Source: an archaeon (lineage in GTDB: Archaea > Nanobdellota > Nanobdellia > Pacearchaeales > GW2011-AR1). Taken from it: a DNA stretch of 64,000 bases. The notes beneath the pieces are model-generated. The model was given only the letters and a program-made list of their open reading frames with translations, was not told where the DNA came from and did not search any database. Numbering within the stretch: position 1 is the first letter of the stretch; each line of letters begins with the position of its first letter. The stretch covers positions 32,001-96,000 of the forward strand of contig JBDRNU010000015.1 of assembly GCA_043810775.1 (NCBI GenBank), read 5' to 3'. This document shows positions 1 through 9,387 of this stretch, piece by piece. A program made the translations under genes and the position numbers.

Positions 1-55
1 CAAAGAAGAAAAAATAATTATCAGGCTTGCAGAAGAATACGTAAATACTCCTTGA
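1..55 (+). CDS. 3' end of a CDS running in from the left edge (KEEKIIIRLAEEYVNTP*)
   Basis: Open frame from base 2 to TGA at 53-55, 9 nt before the next ATG. Confidence 0.5.
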   Translation, partial: KEEKIIIRLAEEYVNTP

Positions 56-64
56 CACTATAAA

Positions 65-973
65 ATGAATTATATAATTATTACTAGTTATGGCGAGCCA
101 AAATCTACTGTTAAAGCAATCAAATCCATATTCAATCAAAAAATAAAGGAAAAATATAAAATCATTTTAGTTGATCCATTTCCAAAAACAGGAGATTATA
201 TTAGAAAAGAGCTAAATTCTGAGAATATAGAATTTTTTCTTGACCCTGGAGAAGGAAAAAGCTATGCCTTAAATATTATATTTGAGCAGATTTATTCTAA
301 GAATACAGAAGATATAATAATTCTTACAGATGGTGATATCTATATTTCAGATAATTCAGTAAATCTAATTACAGATGCATTTAAAGACAAAGAAATAGGA
401 TGCGTAACTGGCAAACCGGTTTCTTTAAATAAAAAAAATAATAAATATGGTTATTGGAGCCACTTACTATTTGCAGGCATACACAGAGTCAGAAAAAAAC
501 TATCTAAGCAAAAGTCTTTTTTTGAGTGCTCTGGTTATTTATTTGCAATTAGGAACGGAGTTTTGCAAGGCTTTCCTTTAGAATCTTCAGAAGATAGTAT
601 AATTCCTTATTTATTCTGGGGGAAAAATTATAAAATTAAATATGTTCCAGAAGCAGAAGTTTATGTACTTAATCCAACTAACTGGAAAGATTGGAAAACT
701 CAAAAAATTAGAAACATTAAAGGGCACGAAAATCTAAGCAAAATAGTTCCAGATATGCCTAGAACAAAATCTTTTTTCAAGGAAATTAAAGAAGGCACTT
801 TTTTTGCAATATCTTATCCTAGGAAAGTAAAAGAATACTATTGGACTATCCTGCTTTTCCTATCTAGATTTTATATATATTTAGTGGCTTTTTATGATCT
901 TAAACTAAGGAAAAAAAGCTATCAAGATGGTTGGCGCGTTGAAAAAACAAAGTCAACTAGTCCTTTAGACTAG
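65..973 (+). CDS. GT2 family glycosyltransferase
   Basis: N-terminal IIITSYGE, GKSYALN, TDGD (DxD), ED motif, C-terminal hydrophobic segment. Confidence 0.85.
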   Translation: MNYIIITSYGEPKSTVKAIKSIFNQKIKEKYKIILVDPFPKTGDYIRKELNSENIEFFLDPGEGKSYALNIIFEQIYSKNTEDIIILTDGDIYISDNSVNLITDAFKDKEIGCVTGKPVSLNKKNNKYGYWSHLLFAGIHRVRKKLSKQKSFFECSGYLFAIRNGVLQGFPLESSEDSIIPYLFWGKNYKIKYVPEAEVYVLNPTNWKDWKTQKIRNIKGHENLSKIVPDMPRTKSFFKEIKEGTFFAISYPRKVKEYYWTILLFLSRFYIYLVAFYDLKLRKKSYQDGWRVEKTKSTSPLD

Positions 974-1366
974 TTTTTTAAGCTCTTTTTCTAGCTCCTT
1001 AAATGAATCAAATATTTTAACACTTCCTAGAAGCATTGCGCTTAGTTCAGGAATTGAATCTTCAGCTTTTTTGTCTGTCTTTATACCTATGATCTTCTTT
1101 CTTAGTGAATAAGCATATCCAATTTCCCAGGCTGTTCCTGCCCCAGGCCTACCATCTAGTAAAGCTAGAACAAAATTACACTCATCTAAGGCTATTACAT
1201 CTTCCTTAAAAGCCACTTCTAACTCTTCCTTAAAAGCCACAATTCCTACATCTCTATGTGGTAAGAAGGTCTCAAAACCTAATTTTTGGCATAATTTATC
1301 AATTTTTTCAAGTATAACTCTCTCTTCTTCTGAGCATATCTTTCCAGCAATATATATTTTTTTCAT
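965..1366 (-). CDS. Nucleoside 2-deoxyribosyltransferase / nucleotide N-hydrolase family
   Basis: KIYIAG start and GTAWEIGYA motif with catalytic Glu. Confidence 0.85.
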   Translation of the reverse strand: MKKIYIAGKICSEEERVILEKIDKLCQKLGFETFLPHRDVGIVAFKEELEVAFKEDVIALDECNFVLALLDGRPGAGTAWEIGYAYSLRKKIIGIKTDKKAEDSIPELSAMLLGSVKIFDSFKELEKELKKLV

Positions 1367-1459
1367 TTAAAAGATAGAAATCCCTTATATTTTAAACTTT
1401 TCTAAACAACCAAATCTATTTTACCATAAATTTTTAAATCCCCTGTTTCTAGTAAACAC

Positions 1460-2569
1460 ATGACTAAGTGGAATCCTAAATGTAGGTTTTTTAATGAGAA
1501 ATATGCTTGTGATACTCTTAGTACTGAAGGTTACAAGTCGTGTACTGAGTGTAAATTTGTTTCACCTTATTCAAAAAAGATATTAATTATAAAATTAGGA
1601 GCTTTAGGTGATGTTCTAAGAACCACTCCTATTTTAGAGGCAATCAAGAAAAAGTATGGGGATGAAACTACTATTTACTGGCTTACTTTGGAAAACAGCA
1701 AAGAATTACTTAAAAACAACCCCTATATTAACAAAATATTAATTTATAATCCTGAAAATATCTTAAGAATACAGCAAGAAGAATTCGATATATTATATTC
1801 TTTAGAGATTACCACTCCAGCGACTATCTTGTCAAATATAGTAAATGCAAAGGAAAAGCATGGATATTATTTTAATAATGGAGCAACATCCTGCTATAAT
1901 AAAGGTGCAGAAGAGTACCTTGAAACAGCTTTTTTAACCCATATAAAGCTTTCTAATAGGAAATCCTATCAAGAACTAATATTTCAAGCTTGTGATTTAT
2001 CTTTTAATAAGGAGCAAATTATTTTTGAGCTATCTGAAAAAGAAAAAAAGTTCGCTGAGGAATTTAAGCAGAAAAATAATCTTTTAGATTCAGACAAACT
2101 TATAGGGATAAACTTTTCAGCAGGTGAAAGATGGCCTACAAAAGAGTGGTCTACTTCAAAATTAAAAGAACTAATAAAAACTCTTTCAAAAGATTATAAA
2201 ATTATTCTTTTAGGTGGCCCTGAAGAAAGAGAAAAAATACCTCAAATAATATCTGAGTTAAAAAAAGAAGGGATTTATGTACTATCAAATAATCCTGAGA
2301 ATTCTATATGGGAGTTTGCTTCAATTCTAGATTTATGTGAAAAAGTAATAGTCACTGATTCATTATCTTTACACCTTTCCCTAGCTTTGAAAAAGCCAAC
2401 GATTTCTTTATTTTTTTCAACACCTCCTTGGGAAATTGAAGATTATGGAAATTCAAAAAAAATAGTTTCTCCTTTATTAGAAAAGCATTTTTTTTCAATG
2501 AAATATTCAGATGAACTAGCAAATAGCATTTCAGTTGAAGAGGTACAGCAAAATGTCCGAAATTATTAA
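1460..2569 (+). CDS. GT9 heptosyltransferase-like protein with N-terminal Cys4 extension
   Basis: KILIIKLGALGDVL, WPTKEW, TDS-x2-LH motifs; N-terminal C..C..CxxC. Confidence 0.85.
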   Translation: MTKWNPKCRFFNEKYACDTLSTEGYKSCTECKFVSPYSKKILIIKLGALGDVLRTTPILEAIKKKYGDETTIYWLTLENSKELLKNNPYINKILIYNPENILRIQQEEFDILYSLEITTPATILSNIVNAKEKHGYYFNNGATSCYNKGAEEYLETAFLTHIKLSNRKSYQELIFQACDLSFNKEQIIFELSEKEKKFAEEFKQKNNLLDSDKLIGINFSAGERWPTKEWSTSKLKELIKTLSKDYKIILLGGPEEREKIPQIISELKKEGIYVLSNNPENSIWEFASILDLCEKVIVTDSLSLHLSLALKKPTISLFFSTPPWEIEDYGNSKKIVSPLLEKHFFSMKYSDELANSISVEEVQQNVRNY

Positions 2570-3125
2570 AAAGCTAATTGAAGATAGTCTCGAATCAAAA
2601 AAAGCTATTTTTAATATTATTCCTGAAATAGAAAAGTCAGCAGAATTGTTAAGACTCTCTCTAAAAGATGGAAACAAAATACTTATTTGTGGAAACGGAG
2701 GTTCAGCTTCTCAATCCCAGCATTTTGCAGCTGAACTAGTTGGTAGATTTGAAGCTGAACGAAAAGGGATAAGTTGCATTTCCCTTACTGTAGATACATC
2801 AAATATTACAGCAATAGCAAATGACTATGGTTTTGAGTTTATATTCTCAAAGCAAATAGAAGCTTTAGGCAGAGAAGGAGATGTTTTAATTGCTTTATCT
2901 ACTTCAGGAAATTCAAAAAATATAATAAAAGCAATTGAAGAGTCAAGAGCTAAAAATATGAAAATAATCAATTTAATAGGAAAGGATGGTGGAAAAATGA
3001 AAGGAATGGCTGATATTGATTTAATCGTGCCAGATAAAAATACTGCAAGAATTCAAGAAGGGCATATACTAGTGCTTCATATCTTGGCCAAGCTGGTTGA
3101 AGACGCCTTTCTTACTACTAATTGA
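2553..3125 (+). CDS. gmhA: D-sedoheptulose-7-phosphate isomerase
   Basis: CGNGGSASQSQHFAAELVGRF, ANDYG, STSGNS, TARIQEGH; ATG at 2553 preferred over TTG at 2535. Confidence 0.95.
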   Translation: MSEIIKKLIEDSLESKKAIFNIIPEIEKSAELLRLSLKDGNKILICGNGGSASQSQHFAAELVGRFEAERKGISCISLTVDTSNITAIANDYGFEFIFSKQIEALGREGDVLIALSTSGNSKNIIKAIEESRAKNMKIINLIGKDGGKMKGMADIDLIVPDKNTARIQEGHILVLHILAKLVEDAFLTTN

Positions 3126-3139
3126 ATATTTTAAGGAAA

Positions 3140-4033
3140 ATGATTGATTTCAAAAAAATAAAACTTATCCCTATTAGTCAAAGAAAGAACAAGTTTTCTA
3201 TAGAGGATTCTATTTCCTTGGAAAATAACATTTTTTTAGAAAATGAAGACCTAAAAGAACTTTCTGAAAAAATTATAGAAGCAAGAAGAAACAACAAACA
3301 AATTATCTTTATGTTAGGTGCTCACTCACTTAAAGTAGGGCTTTCCCTAATTTTAATCGATTTAATAAAAAAAGGGATTATTACTCATCTTGCAGTTAAT
3401 GGAGCATTTCCAATTCATGACTTTGAAATTGCTTTAATCGGGAAAACAAGTGAATCAGTGGAAAATACAATTGAAAACGGGACTTTTGGATTTGCAAAAG
3501 AAACTTTAGAATTTATTAATGAAGCAGCAAAACAAGGCGCAGAACATAATTTAGGTTATGGAGAATCAATAGCCCGAAAAATGGATAAATCAAATTTAAA
3601 ATACAAAAATTTAAGTGTTTTATACAATGCTTATAAGGACAACATTCCCCTAACAATTCATACTGCAATTGGAACAGAAATTATCTATCAATATCCTGAA
3701 TGCTCTGGGGAGGCAATTGGAAAATGCAGCTACAATGATTTTAAATTATTTACAGATTCCATTTCAAAACTTCAAGATGGCGTAATCCTAAATATAGGCT
3801 CAGCAGTAATACTTCCTGAAGTATTCTTAAAAGCGCTGTCTATTGCAAGAAATTTAGATTTTAGCGTAAAGAATTTTATAGCAGCAAATCTTGATATGAT
3901 TAACCATTACAGACCAAGAGTAAATGTAGTTGAAAGACCAACCTCTCTTGGAGGAAAGGGATTTAACATAATTGGCAAGCATCAGGAAACAATTCCAACT
4001 TTGCATAAATTAATACTAAATAAACTTAACTAA
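3140..4033 (+). CDS. Uncharacterised protein, deoxyhypusine-synthase-like fold
   Basis: MLGAH..KVGL, NGA..IHDFE, IGSAV.LPEVFLKAL, G.H..TIP motifs resemble the DHS-like superfamily; ATG at 3140 preferred. Confidence 0.55.
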   Translation: MIDFKKIKLIPISQRKNKFSIEDSISLENNIFLENEDLKELSEKIIEARRNNKQIIFMLGAHSLKVGLSLILIDLIKKGIITHLAVNGAFPIHDFEIALIGKTSESVENTIENGTFGFAKETLEFINEAAKQGAEHNLGYGESIARKMDKSNLKYKNLSVLYNAYKDNIPLTIHTAIGTEIIYQYPECSGEAIGKCSYNDFKLFTDSISKLQDGVILNIGSAVILPEVFLKALSIARNLDFSVKNFIAANLDMINHYRPRVNVVERPTSLGGKGFNIIGKHQETIPTLHKLILNKLN

Positions 4034-4034
4034 A

Positions 4035-4565
4035 GTGAAATCTAAAGCTGTATTTTTAGATAGAGATGGGGTAATCAATGAAGATAAAGGCTATGTTCAT
4101 AAAATAGAAGATTTCAGAGTTTTTCCCGGAGTTTTTGAAGCACTAAAAAAACTTAAACAATCAGATTTTAAACTTGTCATTGTAACAAATCAGTCAGGCA
4201 TAGGTAGAGGATACTATTCAGAGCAGGATTATTTAGAACTAACAGAGCAAATAATTAAAATTTTTAAACAGCAAGATATAGAATTTGATGATATTCTTTA
4301 CTGTCCCCATAGTCCAGATGAAAACTGTGATTGCAGGAAACCCTCCCCAAAATTATTTCTTGATGCAATCAAAAAATTTAATCTAGTTCCTGATAATTGT
4401 TGGATTATAGGTGATAAATTTTCAGATGTAAAACCAGCAGAAAAAATTGGCTGTAAATCAATACTAATTAAATCTAGCTATACTGAAAAATTAACTGATA
4501 ATAATCTATTAACAGCAAAAGATTTATATGAAGCAGTAGAGATTATTTTAAGTAAAAATGATTGA
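4035..4565 (+). CDS. gmhB: D-glycero-D-manno-heptose-1,7-bisphosphate phosphatase
   Basis: FLDRDGVIN, TNQSGIGRG, CPH..CDCRKP zinc motif, IGDKFSD. Confidence 0.95.
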   Translation: MKSKAVFLDRDGVINEDKGYVHKIEDFRVFPGVFEALKKLKQSDFKLVIVTNQSGIGRGYYSEQDYLELTEQIIKIFKQQDIEFDDILYCPHSPDENCDCRKPSPKLFLDAIKKFNLVPDNCWIIGDKFSDVKPAEKIGCKSILIKSSYTEKLTDNNLLTAKDLYEAVEIILSKND

Positions 4566-5949
4566 AAGAATAAATAAGTTTAAAGATGCAAATATTTTGG
4601 TAATTGGAGATATCATGCTTGATAAGTACTTTGAAGGAGATGTTTTAAGAATTTCTCCTGAAGCTCCAGTTCCAGTAGTCCACATTAAAGAAGAATTTCA
4701 TGAAATTGGTGGCGCAGGAAATGTAGCTTCAAATATTGCCTCTCTTGGAGGAAAAGCAACAATTTTTTCTTTTGTTGGAAATGATCCTGAAGCTGAAATT
4801 TTGAAAAGACTATTAGACCAAAAAAGCATAACTTACTTTTTTGACACAACTTCAAGCACAATTCAAAAAACAAGAGTAGTTGGAAAAGGTCAGCAGTTGG
4901 TTAGATTTGATAAAGAAGAGGCAAGTGAGAAGATGTTTAGCAATGAGATAAAAAATAAGATTATAGAAAAAGCAAATGAAGCTAATATCATTTTAATTTC
5001 AGATTATGCTAAAGGAGCAATAACTCTAGATTTAATGAATTTACTATCTAATTTTAAAAATAAGATAATTGTTGATGCAAAACCTAAAAATAAAGAACTT
5101 TTCAAAGGGGTTTTTTTAACAAAATCTAATGAAAAAGAGTCTCTTACAATGTCTTCAAAAATGAATGTGCATGAAGCCGGGCAGTTTCTTAATGATAATC
5201 TTAATTCAAATATCTTAATTACTAGGGGGGGTAAGGGTATGGTTTTATTCTCAGATAAAACAACAGAGATTCCAACTTATGCGAAGGAGGTGTATGATGT
5301 AACTGGTGCAGGAGATACTGTTATTGCAGCTCTTGCTTTAGCACTCTCTGTAGGTTCTTCTATTGAGGAGGCTGCAATTATATCAAATCATGCAGCAGGC
5401 ATTGCAGTAGGAAAAAAAGGAACATATCCTGTTAGTCTCAAAGAGCTTAAAAGTAAGTTTGAATATCAACAAATGAAAATAGTAAACTTGGATGAGTTAA
5501 AAAGGATAGTGGAAGATAATAAGAGAAAGGGCAAGAAAATAGTTTGGACAAATGGATGTTTTGACTTGATACATATTGGGCATGTGAGATATATGCAAGA
5601 TGCAAAGAAACTAGGTGACATTTTAATAGTTGGACTTAATTCAGATGCTTCTGTAAAATCTTTAAAAGGTCAATTCAGACCAATACAATCAGAACTTGAA
5701 AGAGCTGAAATTCTATCTTCACTAGAATTTGTTGATTATATAACCATCTTTCCAGAATCAAGTGTAGAAAAATACTTAATAGCTTTAAAACCTGATATAT
5801 ATGCCAAGGGCTCAGATTATAATCTTGAAATTATGAATCAAGACGAAAGAAAAGCTATTGAAAGTTATAAAGGAGAAACAAAATTTATTGCTCTAACTGA
5901 GGAGCAATCAACGTCAAAAATAATCAAAAAAATTAAAAATGGAATTTGA
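4558..5949 (+). CDS. hldE: Bifunctional heptose-7-phosphate kinase / heptose-1-phosphate adenylyltransferase
   Basis: RISPEAPVPV, SDYAKG, DVTGAGDT kinase domain plus TNGCFDLIHIGH and GLNSDASV nucleotidyltransferase domain. Confidence 0.95.
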   Translation: MIERINKFKDANILVIGDIMLDKYFEGDVLRISPEAPVPVVHIKEEFHEIGGAGNVASNIASLGGKATIFSFVGNDPEAEILKRLLDQKSITYFFDTTSSTIQKTRVVGKGQQLVRFDKEEASEKMFSNEIKNKIIEKANEANIILISDYAKGAITLDLMNLLSNFKNKIIVDAKPKNKELFKGVFLTKSNEKESLTMSSKMNVHEAGQFLNDNLNSNILITRGGKGMVLFSDKTTEIPTYAKEVYDVTGAGDTVIAALALALSVGSSIEEAAIISNHAAGIAVGKKGTYPVSLKELKSKFEYQQMKIVNLDELKRIVEDNKRKGKKIVWTNGCFDLIHIGHVRYMQDAKKLGDILIVGLNSDASVKSLKGQFRPIQSELERAEILSSLEFVDYITIFPESSVEKYLIALKPDIYAKGSDYNLEIMNQDERKAIESYKGETKFIALTEEQSTSKIIKKIKNGI

Positions 5950-7507
5950 TGAAAAAAAAGAGATTAAAGAAGAGGAGATAATCAATAAAAGAACCCAAAA
6001 GATTAAAGATAAATTTCCTTGGCTTAAAGATCCATACAATTTAGCTTTTGTTATATTATTAGTATTATTTTTTATTATTAGAATTTACTATTTTTCTATG
6101 ACTTATAATCAACCCTTATGGTGGGATGAAGCAGATTATATGGATATGGCAAGAACTTGGTTAGGTAAAGTCCCATGGGATTATAGCCCTGTAAGACCTA
6201 TTTTATTTCCAAGCCTAATCTCTTTGTTTATGCTAATTGGACTTGGAGAATTTTCTATTAAGTTTTTTATTCTTCTGTCTTCAATAGTCTCAATTTTATT
6301 ATTGTATAAATTAGGAGACCTTTTTTTCAACAAAAGAGTAGCTATTATTTCAGCATCAATTCTCGCATTTTTTTGGAGTTTTAATTTTTATTCTTATAGG
6401 GTTTTAGTTGATGTTCCAATCGCCATGTTATGGTTAGCCACAATTTATTTTTTCTTTGACGCTTATTTTAATAATCGTAACTGGAAGCAATTTGCAATAG
6501 CTGGAATTTTCCTAGGACTTGCATTTTTGCTTAAATACTCCTCATTTACACTTGTAGTTATGTTAGGATTTTACTTAATCACAACAGAAAAATTTAGAGT
6601 ACTTACAAATAAAAAAATAATAACTTTTTTTCTAGTCTCTCTTATAACTATATTACCTTTGTTTATCTTCCAATATGTAGTGTTTGGACATCCCTTGCAA
6701 TTTCTTGCAACTGTTCAGGAAACTGGCTCACAACTTAGGTCAACCTTTCAGTCACTGATAGATCAATCAAAGTTTATGTTTGAACTTATTTTTCCAGCTT
6801 TATTTGCATTTTTCATTTTTGGATTGATAACAACTTTATTTTATATCTTCTTATCTTGGGATATAACTCTCAAAAAGAAAACACTAACTAATAATTATTA
6901 TTTTATACTTATATGGCTTTTATTTTCAATTGGCTTTTTTGCAAAAATTAATTATGGGGCTTACATGGATGAAAGATATTATTTTGTATTTTATCCAGCG
7001 ATATTTCTGATTTGTGGGGTTGGTTTTGATAAAGCTTATCTAGTAATTAAAAAATACAATAAAATATTAGCAATAATAATTATATCAGTTGTATTATTAT
7101 TTGCATTTTATCAGCACTCTATTCAAGCTAATAATACTATTAAGCTGAAAAAAGATTCATTTTTGCAGCTTAAATTGGCTGGCGAGTACATAAAAGAAAA
7201 TACTAAACCTGGAGAAAAGGTTTTTGTTTTAGAAGAGCAAGCTGAAATAGTTTATTACTCTGAAAGACCTTATATTCATATTGGGCACTCTGATGGAGAA
7301 GCAATTATGAAACTTATAAAAGAGCACAATCCTCCTTATGTAGTTATGTCTTTGTATTATTCACTAGGTCAAAATCAGACCCCTGTAAGTTATATACTGT
7401 CAAATCAAGATATATTCCAACCAGTCCAAGCTTATGGACCTTATATAGATGAGAAACAAACTCTACCTATAGCAACAATATTCAGAGTAAATTCAAGCTA
7501 CTACTAA
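5939..7507 (+). CDS. GT-C fold membrane glycosyltransferase (PMT/ArnT-like)
   Basis: WWDEADY in first outer loop, many TM helices, ERY motif, soluble C-terminal domain. Confidence 0.8.
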   Translation: MEFDEKKEIKEEEIINKRTQKIKDKFPWLKDPYNLAFVILLVLFFIIRIYYFSMTYNQPLWWDEADYMDMARTWLGKVPWDYSPVRPILFPSLISLFMLIGLGEFSIKFFILLSSIVSILLLYKLGDLFFNKRVAIISASILAFFWSFNFYSYRVLVDVPIAMLWLATIYFFFDAYFNNRNWKQFAIAGIFLGLAFLLKYSSFTLVVMLGFYLITTEKFRVLTNKKIITFFLVSLITILPLFIFQYVVFGHPLQFLATVQETGSQLRSTFQSLIDQSKFMFELIFPALFAFFIFGLITTLFYIFLSWDITLKKKTLTNNYYFILIWLLFSIGFFAKINYGAYMDERYYFVFYPAIFLICGVGFDKAYLVIKKYNKILAIIIISVVLLFAFYQHSIQANNTIKLKKDSFLQLKLAGEYIKENTKPGEKVFVLEEQAEIVYYSERPYIHIGHSDGEAIMKLIKEHNPPYVVMSLYYSLGQNQTPVSYILSNQDIFQPVQAYGPYIDEKQTLPIATIFRVNSSYY

Positions 7508-8596
7508 CTCAGCATCCTTTTTAATTTTGAGAGCATAGTCATAATTTATCATAAATTTTTTCTGTAATTTTAGGTTTCTTTTTATATTTAATTTACTAGC
7601 AAATGCTTTTATATCACCTAATTTAACATACTCTGGAAAGTCTTTAAACAATTCATAGTAGTGTTCTAATTCATAACATATGACTTTACATCCAGCATAT
7701 AATGCATCTGCTATGACTATCCCAAATCCTTCTTCATAACTTGGAAATAAAAAAAATTCAGATTCTTTTAATTTTTTATAAATATCATTTTCATTTTCTA
7801 TATATCCTAATACAAAAACATTTTTTTGCATACCTTTCTTTTTTATTTCATAAATAAGTCTTTCTTTTTCAGGGCCCCCCCCTATTATATTTAATTTAAA
7901 TTTTTTATTTTTTCCATTTATTTCTTCCATTATTTTTAAAAGGTCAAATATACCTTTTTGTTTAACTATTCTTCCAACAAATACTGCAGTATTTTTCTTT
8001 CTTTTTACATTTAATTTATCTATTTTTTTTGCATTAATTCCAATTCCTGCAATTTCTACTCTAACTCCTTTAATTTTTTCCATTATTTTCTCTCTTTCTA
8101 TACTATTACAAGTTAAAATTAAGTTAGCTTTTTTTCTAATAATATTAAAACAGATTCTCTCTTGAATTTTTGCAAGCAAATTAAGAAATTTTTCATTAAA
8201 ATTACTTGACTTTCTAATTGGAAGAACATGTAAAACATAACTCACAATTTTTACATTTTGTTTTATAGATTTCAGAGGAAGTATATCACAAAAAAAAGGA
8301 TTAGCTGATATTACTATATCAAATCTTTCTTTTTTCAATATTTTTGAAGTTTTTTTAGCTCTATTAAAATAAGTTTTGACTAAATCACTTTTTTTATCTA
8401 TACTATACTTATCTTTAATTTTAATTAATTTTAAGTTTTTATTGCTAAAATTAATTAACTTTTCACCAACTTTAGGTAAAATAATACTCACTTCATTATT
8501 TTTAGACAGCTCTTTAACAAGATTAATAATATGAACATCCCCTCCACTTATCTGTTTCGAAGTCATGCCATTCCAAATAATAATAATTTTTTTCAT
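7493..8596 (-). CDS. GT4 family glycosyltransferase
   Basis: SGG N-terminal motif, VGRIVKQKG, PSYEEGFGIVIADA. Confidence 0.9.
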   Translation of the reverse strand: MKKIIIIWNGMTSKQISGGDVHIINLVKELSKNNEVSIILPKVGEKLINFSNKNLKLIKIKDKYSIDKKSDLVKTYFNRAKKTSKILKKERFDIVISANPFFCDILPLKSIKQNVKIVSYVLHVLPIRKSSNFNEKFLNLLAKIQERICFNIIRKKANLILTCNSIEREKIMEKIKGVRVEIAGIGINAKKIDKLNVKRKKNTAVFVGRIVKQKGIFDLLKIMEEINGKNKKFKLNIIGGGPEKERLIYEIKKKGMQKNVFVLGYIENENDIYKKLKESEFFLFPSYEEGFGIVIADALYAGCKVICYELEHYYELFKDFPEYVKLGDIKAFASKLNIKRNLKLQKKFMINYDYALKIKKDAELVVA

Positions 8597-9387
8597 CTTT
8601 TGTATCTTCTATACATAAATGTTTTTTTTAGAATATTATAAATCCAAACAGGTGATTTAAAGATTAATATTATTAGTTTCATAAATTTATTTTTTGGAGG
8701 ATTTTTTTCAAGTCCTTGTCTATATAAAATACTTAATAAGTAATCTAAATTATAATTATGATTATGTATTACTTTTATAGGAATAAAAGCTAGTTTAAAT
8801 TTTTTAGCAACCCTTTTTTTAAATTCTGAATCTTCTCCCGCAGGCGCTTTAAATTTTTCATTAAAAAATCCTATTTTGCTAAAAACCTCTTTCCTATAAG
8901 ACATGTTGTTTGTAAAACCTACTGGTACTTCTTCCTTCCCAATAATCATTTTATTAGATTTTATTTTGAGGATTTTATCTTTTAATAATTCAATTTTAGA
9001 TATAACATTTTTTTCAGCAGGTTCCAATAATCCTCCTATCCCTCCAACATCTTTATTTTTACCAAAAAATTCCACATATTTTTTGATCCAATTATCTGGT
9101 ACAATACAATCATCATCTGTAAAGAATATATATTTACCCTTTGCAAGTTTTATACCAACATTTCTAGAGCTTGCCGGACCCAAGTTTTTTTCATTTTTTA
9201 TATAATTAATATTTTTATACTTTTTTTTCAAAGTTTTAACTATAATCTCAGTGTTATCTTCACTATTATCATTTATAATAATTATCTCAAAATCTTTTTT
9301 TGGAAAATTAGAATTTTGAATACTTTCTACAGCTTGTGCAAGTTTTACTCCCCTATTATAAGTTGGTAAAATAATAGATGCTTTCAT
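8593..9387 (-). CDS. GT2 family glycosyltransferase
   Basis: SIILPTYN, GPASSRN, FTDDDC, GED motifs. Confidence 0.9.
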   Translation of the reverse strand: MKASIILPTYNRGVKLAQAVESIQNSNFPKKDFEIIIINDNSEDNTEIIVKTLKKKYKNINYIKNEKNLGPASSRNVGIKLAKGKYIFFTDDDCIVPDNWIKKYVEFFGKNKDVGGIGGLLEPAEKNVISKIELLKDKILKIKSNKMIIGKEEVPVGFTNNMSYRKEVFSKIGFFNEKFKAPAGEDSEFKKRVAKKFKLAFIPIKVIHNHNYNLDYLLSILYRQGLEKNPPKNKFMKLIILIFKSPVWIYNILKKTFMYRRYKR

